64,000 nt of DNA, from NCBI RefSeq assembly GCF_004010195.1, contig NC_057720.1, positions 22,452,197 to 22,516,196 of the forward strand. The letters are read 5' to 3'. This stretch comes from Chiloscyllium plagiosum. Its lineage: Eukaryota. The notes under the pieces are model-generated. The model saw only the letters and a list, made by a program, of their open reading frames with translations. It ran no database searches and had not been told where the DNA came from. Positions 1 through 13,215 of the stretch are shown here, one piece after another. Every line of letters begins with the position of its first letter. Position 1 is the stretch's first letter. The position numbers were made by a program, and so were the translations under genes.

Positions 1-1414
1 ATGAATTATATATTAAAAGATGAAAAAGTCGTTGAGGAGTGGGATAAGTTAGTAAGCTATCTGTTCTCAGGAGCATAGAACACAGTTGAAAGATTTTTTA
101 CTGCAGTATAAGGACATATTTAAGACTCAGATGGGGAGGACAAATACTATTGTATGTGAAGTAGACATAGGGAATACTTCTCCGATAAAATAACATCCAT
201 ATCAGCTTAATCCTTTCAAAGCCAGATAGGTCCAGATGGAGGTGGAGGCCATGCTTGACGAGGACATCATCGAACCTAGCTACAGCGAGTGGAGTTTGTC
301 AATCATCTGAGTTCCCAAACCAGATGGGACTCAACAATTCTGCATGGATTATTGGAAGGTCAATGCCAATACAAAATCGACCCATATCCAATTCCTAGAT
401 TGGAAGACTTATCGAGAAATTTGGACAAGCCAGTTACATCACCAAGTTGGAATTACTGCATAGTTACTGGCAGGTACCTTTATCAGAGATGGCGAAATAT
501 GTTTCTGCATCCGTAACCCCAAATGGACTATAGCAGTTTAAAGTGATGCCCTTTGGAATGACGAACGCACCCGCCACATTCCAAAGACTCATGAACAAAG
601 TTGTGGCTGGGTTAACTAACTGTGCAGTCTATGTGGAAGATGTAGTGATCTTTAGTAAGATCTGGAAAGGTCACATGGTACAGTTGGCTGAACTCTTTGA
701 ATGACTATGAGAAGCAAAACTAGTGATAAACTTAATAAAACTGAATACGCAAAAGCAGAAGTGACGTGCTTAGGACATAACAATGGTCATGGAAGGTTCA
801 CCTCACAGGACTCAAGAATTTAGGCCATTGAGGAATTTCCATGACCAACCTTGAAGAAAGAGGTGCTTTGATTCTTGGGACTCAGCGGATTCTATCGGAA
901 GTTTGTTCCAAACTTCAGTAGTATAGTGGCACCGTTAACCGACTTGCCGACGAAGAACACAAAGTTTCAGTGGTTAGAACAATGCCAGGAAGCATTCAAC
1001 CATTTGAATGCGATATTAAACACCAAACTGGTTTCAGCTAGACCAAACTTTTCAAAATCTTTTATAGTCACCATCGATGCTAGTGACATAGAAGTTGGAG
1101 CTGTACTCCTACAGGAAGATGAGGATGGGATTGAACTTCCAGTTGGTTACTTTTTGAAGAAGATGAACATCTACCAGAGGAAATACTCCACAACTGAAAA
1201 GGAACTAATGAGTTTGGTCCTGGCTTTACAGCATTTTACTGTGTATGTCACGGACAATGTGTCGGAGACGGTTGTGTACACTGACCACAATCCACTTACA
1301 CTCTTGGAATGCTTTAAAGACAAGAATATGAGACTATTTCTTTGGAGTCTTATGTTACAGACTTTTAATTTAAAAATTGTACATATAATCTCAGATGCGT
1401 TATTGCAGATTTAA
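1..1414 (+). mobile_element. Decayed Ty3/Gypsy pol (RT + RNase H), 3' part; element continues off the left edge
   Basis: [17 protein letters not shown] (about 546), YVEDVVIFS as a decayed YxDD motif (about 630), and ORF 875-1414 with LGLSGFYRKFV, DAS, YSTTEKEL, YTDHNPL. Several stops and frameshifts. Confidence 0.93.
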
Positions 1415-1602
1415 CTGACAAAGTTGAGATGAGACTTGTATTTAGTTAATGTTATATATATATCCATACGGGTATATGGGAAGGACTTAAGGTGAACTTT
1501 GATTAAAGTTATCTGTATGTTAGGGTAATGTGTTTAAAGAATAGAAAAAAATGAAGCCATCTTTTCATTATGATGGTTCTTTTTTTTCTTAAGGGGGTGA
1601 TG

Positions 1603-2344
1603 TGTTACGAAGGTGTAGAAGTGTACTGTACCCTTGAGAGAGTTAAAAGCAACAGAACTACCTGACAGCACCAAGTGTCTGGAAAAAAATTTAAGGTAAC
1701 CTTTTTGTCCAGCAGTTAGTGTAGCTGGTCAACTGGAAACAAGAACAGATTTGAATTAGGCCAATCAGTTTAAATTATACCCTGAAAAATACCAAACACC
1801 AATCAACTTTGAATTTGGTATATTGACAATCTTAAAAGTCAATGACACAATCCGATGCTTTGGGGGTATGACCTGGGGAAATTGAACAGTTGGGAGGAGA
1901 ACTGCCAAACCAATGACATCTGCAAATTGCCCAGAGAATAGCTTTCTTAAAGGTACCTTTATCAATCAGTAACCTGTGAAGCAGAATTCCCAAGAAGAAG
2001 AAAAGTAGACAGAAATACAGAGAAGAACCGAAAGCTGTCTGGTTTTGTGATAAGCAGTTTTGTTTTGTAAATCTTAATCTGGAGTTTTATCGGGCTAGTA
2101 TTATAGAAGGGAAGGTAAAAGATAGGTTAGAGGAAATAGTTTTTAGCTAAGTATTGCCTTTTATACTTTAATAAATAAAGTTGTACTTTATATAGTTTTT
2201 AGCTAAGTATTGCCTTTTATACTTTAATAAATAAAGTTTAAATAGTTCTTAGCCTCTTGAATTTTCACAGATTACTACATGGGATAAATCTTTTCTGTGT
2301 TGCTGGTTTAAATTAAGCAGGAGTGTTTGCCCCATGTTGTAACA
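1603..2344 (+). mobile_element. 3' LTR of the Gypsy element
   Basis: Follows a purine tract (aagggggtga, 1591-1600). Termini are the inverted repeat TGTTAC...GTAACA. Contains AATAAA and an internal ~45-bp tandem duplication (about 2137-2238). Confidence 0.85.
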
Positions 2345-2929
2345 CTCACCACAAGAAAGGATTGCAAGGAGCAGAGGTCCATTTATTTCTCTCTGGTATG
2401 AAAACATGTCTAGGGTTTGTCATGTTTCTTACTCAAATCCAGTCCAACAACCAAGCAATCTCAGCTGATGCTTTGTTTTTGGTCTAATAGGAAACCCAAT
2501 TGTTCTTTTTCTTCATTCCTTACATTTCCACCTTAAAGCTGCTTTCATTCCTTAGGTCAGAAGATTATGCCAGAACTGCCAAAGATTTTCCCAGTGGAAC
2601 TAATTTCAAGTATTCAATGAAAAAATAGAAAACTTTGGCAGCTGAAAAAGAGAGTAAACCAATTATGCAAAGAAAGTGGATGCAGAACCTCATAGACTTC
2701 AAGTGAAACACAATAGAGGGGAAAATGTGACAAGCTTGAAAAGAGATCTGCAATAGCCATGAAAGCTGAGCGACTCAATAAAGTAATATTACAGATCTGT
2801 TTGGTACTCAGTGGAAATAGCAGTACTGGATTACCCCTGACTAATTAGAATAAATACTGGGCTACGCATTGACCCCATTCCAGTTAAAATGAACATAAAA
2901 CAAAGTGCAATGGAGATTCATGGAGTTCA

Positions 2930-3105
2930 AAATCGGGAATTGCTGGAAAGACTCAGCAGTATCTGAGGACAGAAACCAGAGCTAACATTTCAAGTCCGGT
3001 GACCCAAAACGATAACTGGTTTTTCTCCACAGATACTGCCAGACCTGCTGAGCCTTTCCAGCATTTTCTGTTTCTCTTTCTGTTTTACAGCATCCACGGC
3101 TCTTT
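2930..3105. mobile_element. Decayed Penelope-like terminal-repeat remnant, inverted arrangement
   Basis: gctggaaagactcagcag... is mirrored by ...cctgctgagcctttccagc. Same family as 17905, 23505, 41410 and 46815. Confidence 0.6.
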
Positions 3106-3905
3106 TGGTTTTCACGGGGTTCAATAATGCTTCTGTCAAAAATATCCAACACTAAGTTTTCCATGGGTATCATGTACATTGAAGCTGCACAATGAAAACC
3201 TGAAGGAAATCTAAGTAAAATTTTGGGATGCACTGAGTTGGCCGTAGCTATCTTCACTCAGCTTCTCTAGGTTTATTTTCTCCAGCATCCTTTGAGAGTG
3301 TAGACTGGATTAACAGACCACAAAATCATGATCAAACAGGCAATGTTTAATGTCATCAACTCAGTCATGGTGAATACTTTCCTGTAGCTGCTAAAAGAAG
3401 CTCTTATAGTTTCACAAGATTCAAACTCCTTGGTGACACAGTGATAGTCAGTGCACAACAAATTTTCTAAAGTACACCTGCTGTGATTTTTGTATTCTCC
3501 CAACAACAACACAATCATTTGCAGTCACTGATGTAAACAGTAAAGGAGAAACAAGAATGGTGGCAATAGTAAAAATGTGTAGGCCTTTGGCAAAGGGAGT
3601 CATGGAAGCATTTAATTTGAAGATCTAGCATATTCAAGCATTAAAAAAAAGTGGACAATTTCTCATGAGTTTTTTTTTCAAATTCATGGATCTATCTACA
3701 ATGTTCAAAAGAAATACAAAGCAAGAAATGCAAACTTATAATTTTTACAGATTTGTTAATAGCATCATAGTCCTCTTTCTGTTTCCAAAACTTCCATTCT
3801 GTGAGAAGGATGGCCATAGGAAGTTATGTACTTTCTGAGTGACAAAGTAGGAATGGCAGTAAGAAGGTTTCGTAGTATTGTCAACAGTCTAATTGTATTC
3901 CTTAC

Positions 3906-4128
3906 TGTAGTGATTGGAACCAGGTGGATCTCACTAACTATAAGATCCTTGATTAGGGTTGTTACCTGAACCAATCAGGGACCTCCGAGTAAAAGATATA
4001 AACAGGAGATTCAGAATCTCCTCACTTGAGGGACCGACTCCAAACTGGCTGGTCACAGCTAATGTACTGTATACATGTAAATAAAGGGTGGCTTGGTGAT
4101 TGATACTGGCCTCTGTGCAGTTATGTCA
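3906..4128 (+). mobile_element. Solo LTR (223 bp) with perfect 5-bp TSD
   Basis: TG...CA termini, CTTAC on both sides (3901-3905, 4129-4133), CCAAT, TATAAA and AATAAA. Homologous to the LTRs at 25769 and 33677. Confidence 0.92.
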
Positions 4129-4144
4129 CTTACACACATGCATT

Positions 4145-5090
4145 TGAACATACAAATTAGGAACTGATGTTGGGTATTTCTCTTCTGAAGCTTGCTTTGC
4201 CATTTAATAAGATCAGATTACTCCATATTCCAACTTCTATTCTCTTGCTTATTAACAAACAATCTGTTTATTAATAAAAATATCGCTTGATGCCCTTCAA
4301 GGAGAGGTGTTCCATAGATTCACCACTTTGTGAAGAAAAAGGATGCCTCATCTCTACCTTATTTTAGAAGGTGGTCTCTAATTGTTTACTCTCCCACCAA
4401 AGGAAACACCATTTCTACATCTACTCTGTCAAGGCCCCTCTGGATCACACACTTGAATCAAGTCACTTCTACTCTTCCAAACTCCAGTAGATACAAACCT
4501 AGCCAGTCCAACCTTTCCTCTTAAGACAATGCATGCATTCCTGGTTTTAGTCCAGAAACCTTCTATGAACTGCTTCCAATGCATTTACATCCTCCCTTAG
4601 CACTAGGATATGAACAAAGTACTCAAAACTCCAGATGTGGTCTCACCAGCAGTTTGCATAAATGAAACATAACCCCAGTTGTTTTGGAATCATTTCACCT
4701 TTTAATAAGCAGTAACATTCCATTAGATTTACTAATTATTTACTGCATCTGCAACTAACTTTCCACAAGTCATGCTCAAGGACAATCAGATGCTCCTGAA
4801 TCTTAGGAGTCAGCAATCTGTCGCCACTTTATGGTATATTCTTTTTGTACTTCTGCCAAAATGGACAAATTCATATTTTACCACACTATACTCCATTTTC
4901 CAGATCTATGTTCATTCACTTCAACCATCGATATCTCTTTGTAACTTCATGCCTTCTTCACAACTATCCTTCGTACTAATTTTTTTTAATCATCCACAAA
5001 AGTAGTAATGTATCTTTGGTCCCTTTGTCCAAGTAATTTAGATAAATTGTAAATAGATGAAACATCAGCACATGGTACACCCTACAAATG
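4145..5090 (-). mobile_element. Old CR1-like LINE 3' fragment
   Basis: Reverse-complement similarity to the CR1 RT 3' region seen in younger copies (ccatagattcaccactttgtgaagaa, actccagatgtggtctcacca). Boundaries approximate. Confidence 0.6.
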
Positions 5091-5683
5091 TACTAGTTCC
5101 CCTTTAGCCACAGTATAAGTTACTGCCTCCAATAAATTTGTTACCTTTCACTTTAAATCTTATTCAGCAGTAAAACTAAATAGATAGAAATATTGGAAAT
5201 GGCAGCCTTTGGGCAAGTGCTCTCAAATACAAATAATATAAGTTTTATACACAGACCCATTATTGAAAATACTGTTCCTCAAAGAATTTGTCTCAGGTCA
5301 ATTCTTCATTAGCTTTGTTCAATTAATGCTTGTATTGTTTAAAATTGTTCACCTTCAGAAGGAGGCTTATTATGTTTTGTTCTGAGACATGTTGATGTTA
5401 AGAAGAAAACAGAACAAGGTCATTATATTTGTAACACAGTTGTAAAGATCAAAGAAACTTTTGTAAATGGAATGAGCATATTCCCCTTAAAAACCAAAAT
5501 TTTGGCATTGTATTGGATTGCAATGTCGAGCTATAATTGTCGTAAGCAATCTTTTACATATTGATAAATCTTAGTTCCACATTTTTCACTTGCAATATGA
5601 TTTTAATTCCCTTCAATAGTAACATATAACTCATTTCATTGTAGTTGGATGAGTTCCCAAGGTCCCTACAAATATTATGCCAT

Positions 5684-5790
5684 GATATGGGCCAAATGCA
5701 AGCAAATGGGACTAGTTCAGTTCAGAAAACCTGGTTGACATGGATGGGCCGAAGGGTCAGTTTCTGTGAGGTATGACTCTATAATTCTAT
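5684..5790 (+). mobile_element. CR1 3' tail fragment
   Basis: gatatgggcc...tgggactag...gggccgaagggtcagtttc...atgactctat tail, as in the copy ending at 16545. Confidence 0.7.
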
Positions 5791-7162
5791 CGGGCTTTCT
5801 AACAAAGTGCCAATTGTCTTGTCCTATTATTGCGTCTTCCTTCCATGATCAGAGAAGGGCCACACCTTAATATTTGTTAAGAGAAGAATTGATTCATGAT
5901 TGAAAATAATTTTCTTCCTTTGATATCATGTCAGTTGACCAAATACTGACGATGTTATGAATAGGTTTGGCGTGCATTAGCAAGGAAAATAGGCTGCATC
6001 ATGGCAGCATTGTGCTGTTGCTCGAACTATTGATTTTTCTCAACACTAATACTCTGAATTCCTAACTGTATATTGATTCAGCCCTGTTGTTTCATTTCAT
6101 ATAATTCATGGGGTGAGAGGGAGAGATAGCACTAATAGCATTCATGGAGATAATACACACACTTAATAAAAAATTAATCAGACTGTGCTTAAAGAACCAT
6201 GTCCAGGTTTGATCCTACTTCCATTAAAAGGAATGCAAAGGACAAAACGAACATCAGTATGTCATAAATAAATGAACTAATAGGACAAGGAAAGGGCAAA
6301 TGAAAGGCTTGGCATAAACACGTGATCAGTGTTTGTAACTGTGAAACATTAGTGAGTGGGTGTTAAGCATTTCTTCTTGGTGAATGAAGACATGCGGCAG
6401 TGATGGCCCATGAAGCAGTGTATTCCATGTGGGAGCCATGGGTTGTCCACTGTAGCAGAAAGCCTTATAATGCTGAAAGATTGCAAAAAGATTGGTTTTG
6501 AAGGCAACTGTGGAAATCCCCAGTTAAAACCTGGACAGAGGTTCTAGACAAATTTGAGTTTTTCTGGCAGATCCCTACTAAAATTATGGTAATGTTTGCC
6601 AAAACACCAGAGCAGTTTTACTGTGGCTGAATGTAGGGGTGCTAGGATGTACAATTACTCTAGAAGAAACTGCTTGCAATAGAAACTGTTCAATCTAAAT
6701 TCTATTCAAATTGTGTTTTGTTAAAATATGCCTTTTGACTTTCTTTAAATCATATATTTTACTTAATGCTTTCATTTAGACACTTATCACTATAAAGTTA
6801 AATATAACTATGCTGTGCTTGTTCTCAAATTTTTTATAACATTGACAGGTGTATGCAAAAACAATTAAATATAAAATGGCCATGCTGATTTAATAGGGCA
6901 ATGTGCTATTAGGCAAACAGCATTCATCTACTTTCTATACTTAAAAAGACTTCTTGTAATGTTAAATAAATGTTGGAAAAGGAATGAGGAACATTAAATT
7001 TGGAATACAGCAGTTATACAAACAACTAAATTGTGTAATGCTGAGCTTGAGATATTGAGTGACAGGACACACAACTTAATAGATTGAAATCTTGCAATCT
7101 ATGCTCCATCAGGCAAGCCCAATTGTATTAAATCCTGAGTGTTAAAGCTTGTTGAATTTTAC

Positions 7163-7332
7163 CTCCTCTGGGACAGCCCTGATATTGGTAAATCCTTTTC
7201 TAAAAACCACAAACACACGGTGAGCTCCACAGCGTAATGCAGATGTAGCACAGTCAAAGGCAGTGTCTCCAGCACCAAGTACAAGAACTGTGCCTTTTAG
7301 TGATGGCAGACTAGACTGACAGGCACACATCC
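7163..7332 (-). CDS. DPYD: DPYD coding exon equivalent to exon 10 (170 bp; NADPH-binding GAGDTA)
   Basis: (G)[56 protein letters not shown]. Acceptor cttcacag, donor GAG|gtaaaa. Confidence 0.97.
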
Positions 7333-8176
7333 CTGTGAAGATAAAAAAAAGAGCATTTCCTTTGAAATATGCTATTTACTCTGGGCATCGCAAAGTCACA
7401 GGGAGATATTTATAGAAATGTAAAATTGCACAACAGAAGGCTGAAATGAGACATATTACTATCAAATTATTCTGTTTCATTGCAGGGTGTTTTATTCCTT
7501 TTCAAATGTATTCATATACATAATTTCACACCCAGCACCCTCAGCAAAGAGGCCTATTATTTTATCTTCTATGGATGACTGCAGGCTACATTGAATGGTT
7601 CAGATTTCAGCATCAGATATCACATACATTACACTGAAGCAATCAAAACTCTCAAAATCTAAATAAATCAGAAAAATACTATTAGTCTGTGATCATAACA
7701 TCTTTTTACTATGCGATCATGCATTTAGTTAGCCCTAATGTATCGCAAAAGATGTCCTTAGACCATTAAAATGAATTTTTGAAACCAATTCTTTTATTAA
7801 ATCCATACATCATTAAGATTAAGCAGAATATATTTCCAGACATAAAAAATTAGATTTGTTGGAAGGTGTAAATAAATTAGACAAATCATAGGTTGCATGA
7901 TGTTACAGGGTCTAACGGTTGTCAAAATGCAAGTTCACATTACATTCCTGTTGCAAAATAAAGAAAAAAGCATGTGCCGCAAAGAGAAAATTCTAAATTG
8001 CTGATGATCCTTTTACAATACAGAAATGTTTTATCACACAATAAATAACTGTTATTATGCTTTCATTTAAAATGAACCTACTTCATTTGTTGAAGAATAT
8101 TAACAGTGAACAGCCCTCCTGACAACAAATGCAAATTATGCAATATTTTGACCAATATTAAACAACAAAATTCTAC

Positions 8177-8284
8177 CTGGTTTGCTAGCTTTTGCAACAA
8201 TAGGCAAGAACTCCTTAGATGTGTAGAAGCCATGTTCCGCTGTTAAGCCTTCAAAGATGTGATCTCTCTTTGGCTCTGGTAAAC
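8177..8284 (-). CDS. DPYD: DPYD coding exon equivalent to exon 9 (108 bp)
   Basis: (G)[35 protein letters not shown](G). Acceptor tttcaacag, donor CAG|gtagaa. Confidence 0.96.
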
Positions 8285-10329
8285 CTGTTGAAACACAGAT
8301 TGCTCCATTAAATAATAATGCACCAAGAATGAGATCTGTATAGCCTTTTGCATTTTTAGAATGAACAGAATGGATTCAATACCCTCTTGCCTGAAAATGT
8401 TGGAAACTCCAATTGTTTCAGCATTCATGTCGGCTACCTTCTCTAATAAAGTGGTCTTTTATTTAAAAATAACTTAATTCAATTTTTGAAGACGTACCAT
8501 ATTAAAAATCTTAACGAAATAATACATGCACTATTTTGAACACACAATTTCATATTCCTTAATATTTGTTAAGAAAACATCAATTGCAAATGGGAAAATA
8601 ATTTAGAATCTGATATCACAATCTTACATGAGCTTTCAACTGAAATTAATTTGCAGAATGCTTAACATTCTTAGGTATAATACTTTACATCTTTGAACAG
8701 AGCTATTCAAAAATGGCACAGCCACTCTGGAAACAAATTTGTAGAAAGTTTTCAAAATTAGTTATTGTGTCATTTATCAAGTTGGCAGGGCCCTTGATAG
8801 AAAGTCAGTGAGTGTTGGTGTGGATTTGAGGGTCCGAGTGGCTTGCTTCCACACTGTAGAAATTCTATGATTCTATTCTAAGATTCTATGATTTGTTTTA
8901 ATAGCACTCCTGTCTTTTTGGAGTACTCAAGGCATACATGGTCTCTAAATTCTGTATTAACTAATGTCATTTTGTTTGTGCCTTTAAAAACTAAGGATTG
9001 CAATGATAAACAATTTCTTTTTTAAACAGGGATTTCCCAGGATGGCTGGATCAATGCAGAGCCATGAATTCAATATTTATTGTGAACTTTGTTCCTTTGG
9101 CTGTGGGTTCCAGTAACATGTAAACAAACAGGAGCTGAGGAAATGTTGACAAGAGAAGCTGATTGGTTCACAGCTAACTGAGCAGATTGGAACTGGGGAT
9201 AATTTACAGAGGCACTGACACACACAGGAAAAGAAAAGCTACTGTTCTCTGCAGTAAACAAAACTGAGTATAAATTTGAAGTCATTTATAATAGTTGCTG
9301 TGAGCTGTGACATTTGAACTGATAAGTCAGAGACTATTTCCAAATAGGTCAATGACATTGTCCTTCTTATAAGCCAGTGGAACCTTCCAGAGAAAGCAAA
9401 CTGAAGACCAGGGGCCTGACTTGCTGAAGTAAGACCATCTTGATATTGCAATCAGGAAGGAAAATCACCTAACTGGACTTGTTCTTCTTTCCTCCAGGAT
9501 CCAAATCTGTACCTTTTATCAATCTTGGTCTGAAAGTTAGGTAAATTGGGGTACTGTGCATTTTTTTTTAAAAATGGCATGACTCAAGAATAGTGGGGCT
9601 CAATTTATGACACTAGCCGGTTATAACAATACACTAAAATGTCAACGGAAGTAAATATTTAGCAAGAAAAAAGACAACAACAAGTTTTCAAGTGAAGCCC
9701 AATAGCTGGACGTAACACTTTTAAAGTTGGGCTTCATATCTCACAGGAGCCATACTGCAGAAGGACCCAAGCTCAAACTGTAAACTGTGGCTTAGGGCAA
9801 CAGTATTTTGTTATTGTTAACCAGTTACAAATTGTGTCCCCCCCCACCCTCTCCACCCTAATCATTCACCACAGGAGACAAAAAGTAAATGGTTGGAGAT
9901 GAACAATCATGGACTAATCAGGAGGACATTAGCCCAACAATGGTTGCATAGGATTTGGGAAGATGAGTAGCAAGTGACAACAGGATAAAAGACCTCCAAT
10001 TCCATATACAGGAGCATGCCCATGGCCTTGGCTAATATTGTCAGAGTGAATTTCCAGCCCTACCAGTGAGATGTCATTCACTCTCATATCTGGGGCCAAA
10101 ATAATGATTAGGTATCACTGCCATCATGAAGGTGGCACTGGACATTACTATAGTGTCATCACAGCAGACCATTGATAAGGGTGAAGCTGGAAGCTGGAAA
10201 GTACAGTCATTCGATAGTGATAAACTCAGGTAAAGGTCATTCCTGTCCAATGTGCATTGTGACTTGACAACTGTCATAATTTCTGGGCTTCACTGCTCTA
10301 ATGTACCTTTTCCTGCAGGCAACAGAATA

Positions 10330-10674
10330 GAGGATAGCATGAATAGAATTCCTACATTGTGGCATCAGGTCATTCGGCAAAACAAGTTCACATCAACCCT
10401 CTGAAGATCATCCCATCACCCAGTTCCTGCATTTCCTATGATTAATGCACCTAACCTACACATCCCTGGATACCGTGAGCAATTTAGCACAGCCAATCCA
10501 ACCAAGCTGCACATCTTTGGACTGTGGGAGAAAACCAGAGCACTTGGCAGAAGCCCATGCAGACACAGGGAGATTGTGCAAACTGAACACAGACAGACAG
10601 TCACCCGAGACTGGAATTGAACCCAGGTCCCTGATGCTGTGAGTCAGCAGCGCTAACCATTGAGCCACAGTGCA
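10330..10674 (-). mobile_element. HE1-type V-SINE (tRNA-derived)
   Basis: Reverse complement has A box TGGCTCAATGG, B box GGTTCAATTCC and the V-domain ggttttctcccacagtccaaagatgtgcag. Confidence 0.9.
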
Positions 10675-11989
10675 GAATTGGTGATCATCTCAGTGAGCAG
10701 AGATTCCACAGCATTAGCACTGTCACAACTTACCTGAACATCATCACCAGTACCGAAGCACACACACCTCAGCAGAGCCAATATGGGCTTTAGAAAGTGA
10801 GAACAGGAAGAGCAGGAGGATATGAGTGAGGCATAGTCAGCTTTGAGTGCATGAGCTCCATCATTACAAGAGGCGTCACCATCTTGGAAGAATCCTAGAT
10901 AGCACCATTCTGAAGAGGTGCAAATACAGCATTCTGACATGCACAGAAGGGGTCACACTCTGTTTAGAGATGGACTGCTCAATGTCATTGATGGCACAGT
11001 TATGCATGTTAAGGATGACAGTTGGGGCCTGTAAAGAGGCTGATGAGCGGACCACCCATCAAAGGATTCATTGGTATCCCTTATCTTCTTGGCCACCCTG
11101 ATCAGAACCTGTCCACATCTCAAGGGTGGGTGACAATGGAGCTGACGGATTTAGCAGTCTGTGGAGAATCCCCTATAGTGAAGTAGAAATCATGGCATCT
11201 CAGCCATGAACAGATATAAAAAGGCTTGCAGCCTCTACCGCTCCCTCAGCCATGAGGTAGGGCATGGAGAACAAGGAGCATCTGAAAAAACTGGGTGTGA
11301 GTGACAAAGATTTCAGTCTCTCTTTACTTGATTTATACTCTCATCATGGTGTTGCTTCATAAATGTGATCTTTCTTCTGCGTTATATTGAAATTGTGTTC
11401 GGGACTGAAAAGGAGAGGATGTGGGAGATTGGCAGGAGGTGACGGGTAGGAAGGATGGAGTGAGCTTGCCTCCTTATGGATGCCTGGTTTGTGACGTGGA
11501 GCACTGACATGGATAAATAGCTTTATATCTTTGGATAGCTATGGAATTATTCAATGTGTGCACAAACGGGATCACTTCTTTCTCATGGAGGTTGAGTTTA
11601 GCAGGCATCTCTCATCGCCACAGAAGACTCATAGTTGATGCTTTGCTGAATCACTGAAGTGACTGTGACCCTGCCATTTTTCCAATTGTCATAAGGCCTT
11701 TGATGGTGGGGGCAGCCTTCATTTGTACAATGAAGACTGGCCTTGTCTGTGGCACCCCATTTTCCTGATCTTCCTCCTCCTTATTCTTCATTGAGGAAAA
11801 GAACTGTTTATTCCTTACTTTTCAACCAGCTTCAGGCCTCTTTGCATCATCATGTTGTGCCATAGGGTGTGAGCACAGGATAATCAGGACACTGAGAGTG
11901 AGGCAGAGTTAGCTTTGAGTGTATGAGTTTGTCCATTGAGAGAGGTGTCACCATTTTTGATGAATCATATGTAGCACCATTCTGAATGG

Positions 11990-12540
11990 TGCATGAACAG
12001 TATGATTGTCATGGAAAGTACCACCCATCCAGTCAAGATACATTTTCAGTATGTCAATGATCTGTTCAATGCAGGCTTATATAAGTAGGTTGCTCTGACT
12101 GGAGTTCTAATCTTGTGTGTCTGGGTGGGTCACAGGACCTAGCTCTTAATGGAATAAATGTTATCCTGTCGGTATACATGGTTCTCAGGCCAACCGAACA
12201 TTCAGCAAGTGAAAAGCTTTTCCATTTAGTAATCTGACATTTTGGTTTGTCAGTGCCTTGATGCTTTTTATGGATGAGCCATTGGACCTGGGGATGTCCA
12301 TTAAAGAGCCCAATGGCCTATTGTGCTTGCATGGCCCATGTATGTAGAGCCTAGCCTTCAGAATAGATCATCTGTAACATGCCGAATAACACAATGGGTC
12401 ACTGACTGTGAGATGTCAGCAGATCTGCAGCTGATTTCCAGAATGATCCAAATGCATATAAGTTCAGGGTGATGGTGACAATGATGGCTGCAGGTTGGGG
12501 ATTGCCTTGAGACCCACAAGGCATCAGGTCATTATAGACT
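11990..12540 (-). mobile_element. Fossil PIF/Harbinger (HARBI1-like) transposase fragments
   Basis: Minus-strand peptides VTITLNLYAFGSFWKSAADL (about 12420-12479) and IEQIIDILKMYLDWMGGTF (about 12014-12070) resemble HARBI1-family motifs. Heavily decayed. Confidence 0.6.
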
Positions 12541-12806
12541 AAAGTACAAATGTCCAAGACTGTTTGTTTGCATTAGCAGAGTTCCCTGTCACACAGGTCC
12601 TCTGAGTTGCAGGGAACCGACACTTGGGGAGTACCTTGTTTCTGGAACTTTCTGCTTGCCTGGAAGATGCCTGTGCTGAAGCTCTTCCTCCCTGCTCTGT
12701 CCAATTTTTGAGTGGTCTGTTCCCCAGCTCCAATCACTTACTGCTGCCTGTTGATGCAACTGCCTGCGATGATAATTTCTCTTCCCTGACTGTGCTGGCA
12801 TCTCTA

Positions 12807-13031
12807 GTTCTGTGCAGATTCACACCAATAATCCAATGACTCTCATCAAACAGCAGCAGTACTACCTTCCAATGTCTTCAGCAACGTTTCAGTGGTGGAC
12901 TCTCCCTCTTTATGGGCATTTAAGAGGGCATTGGATAGGTATATGGAGGGTTCTGTGCAGATTCACACCAATAATCCAATGACTCTCATCAAACAGCAGC
13001 AGTACTACCTTCCAATGTCTTCAGCAACGTT
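12807..13031. repeat. Exact 82-bp direct repeat (12807-12888, 12950-13031) around a 61-bp insert
   Basis: gttctgtgcagattcacacc...cttcagcaacgtt occurs twice identically. Confidence 0.95.
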
Positions 13032-13034
13032 CCT

Positions 13035-13215
13035 CCCTCAAAGAACACCATGAAAACAGACCAGATCAATTGGTTATTCATCACATTGCTAGTGGTATAA
13101 TTTGTAGTATCACTGCAGCTGCAAAACGGCTGCCGCATTTGCTTCTTGAATGAATTGTTACGGGACATTTCAATTATGTCATAATTTACGTAAATGTGAC
13201 TTTCTTTGTTATGCT
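13035..13215 (+). mobile_element. DeuSINE (SacSINE1/AmnSINE1-like) 3' fragment
   Basis: tccctcaa...aaaacaga...atcacattgct...aaacggctgccgcattt matches the Deu-domain 3' part. Confidence 0.6.

Noticed and set aside
9004..9628. Possible solo LTR (TG...ATAACA)
   Set aside because: No TSD and no second copy in the window; the left boundary cannot be supported.
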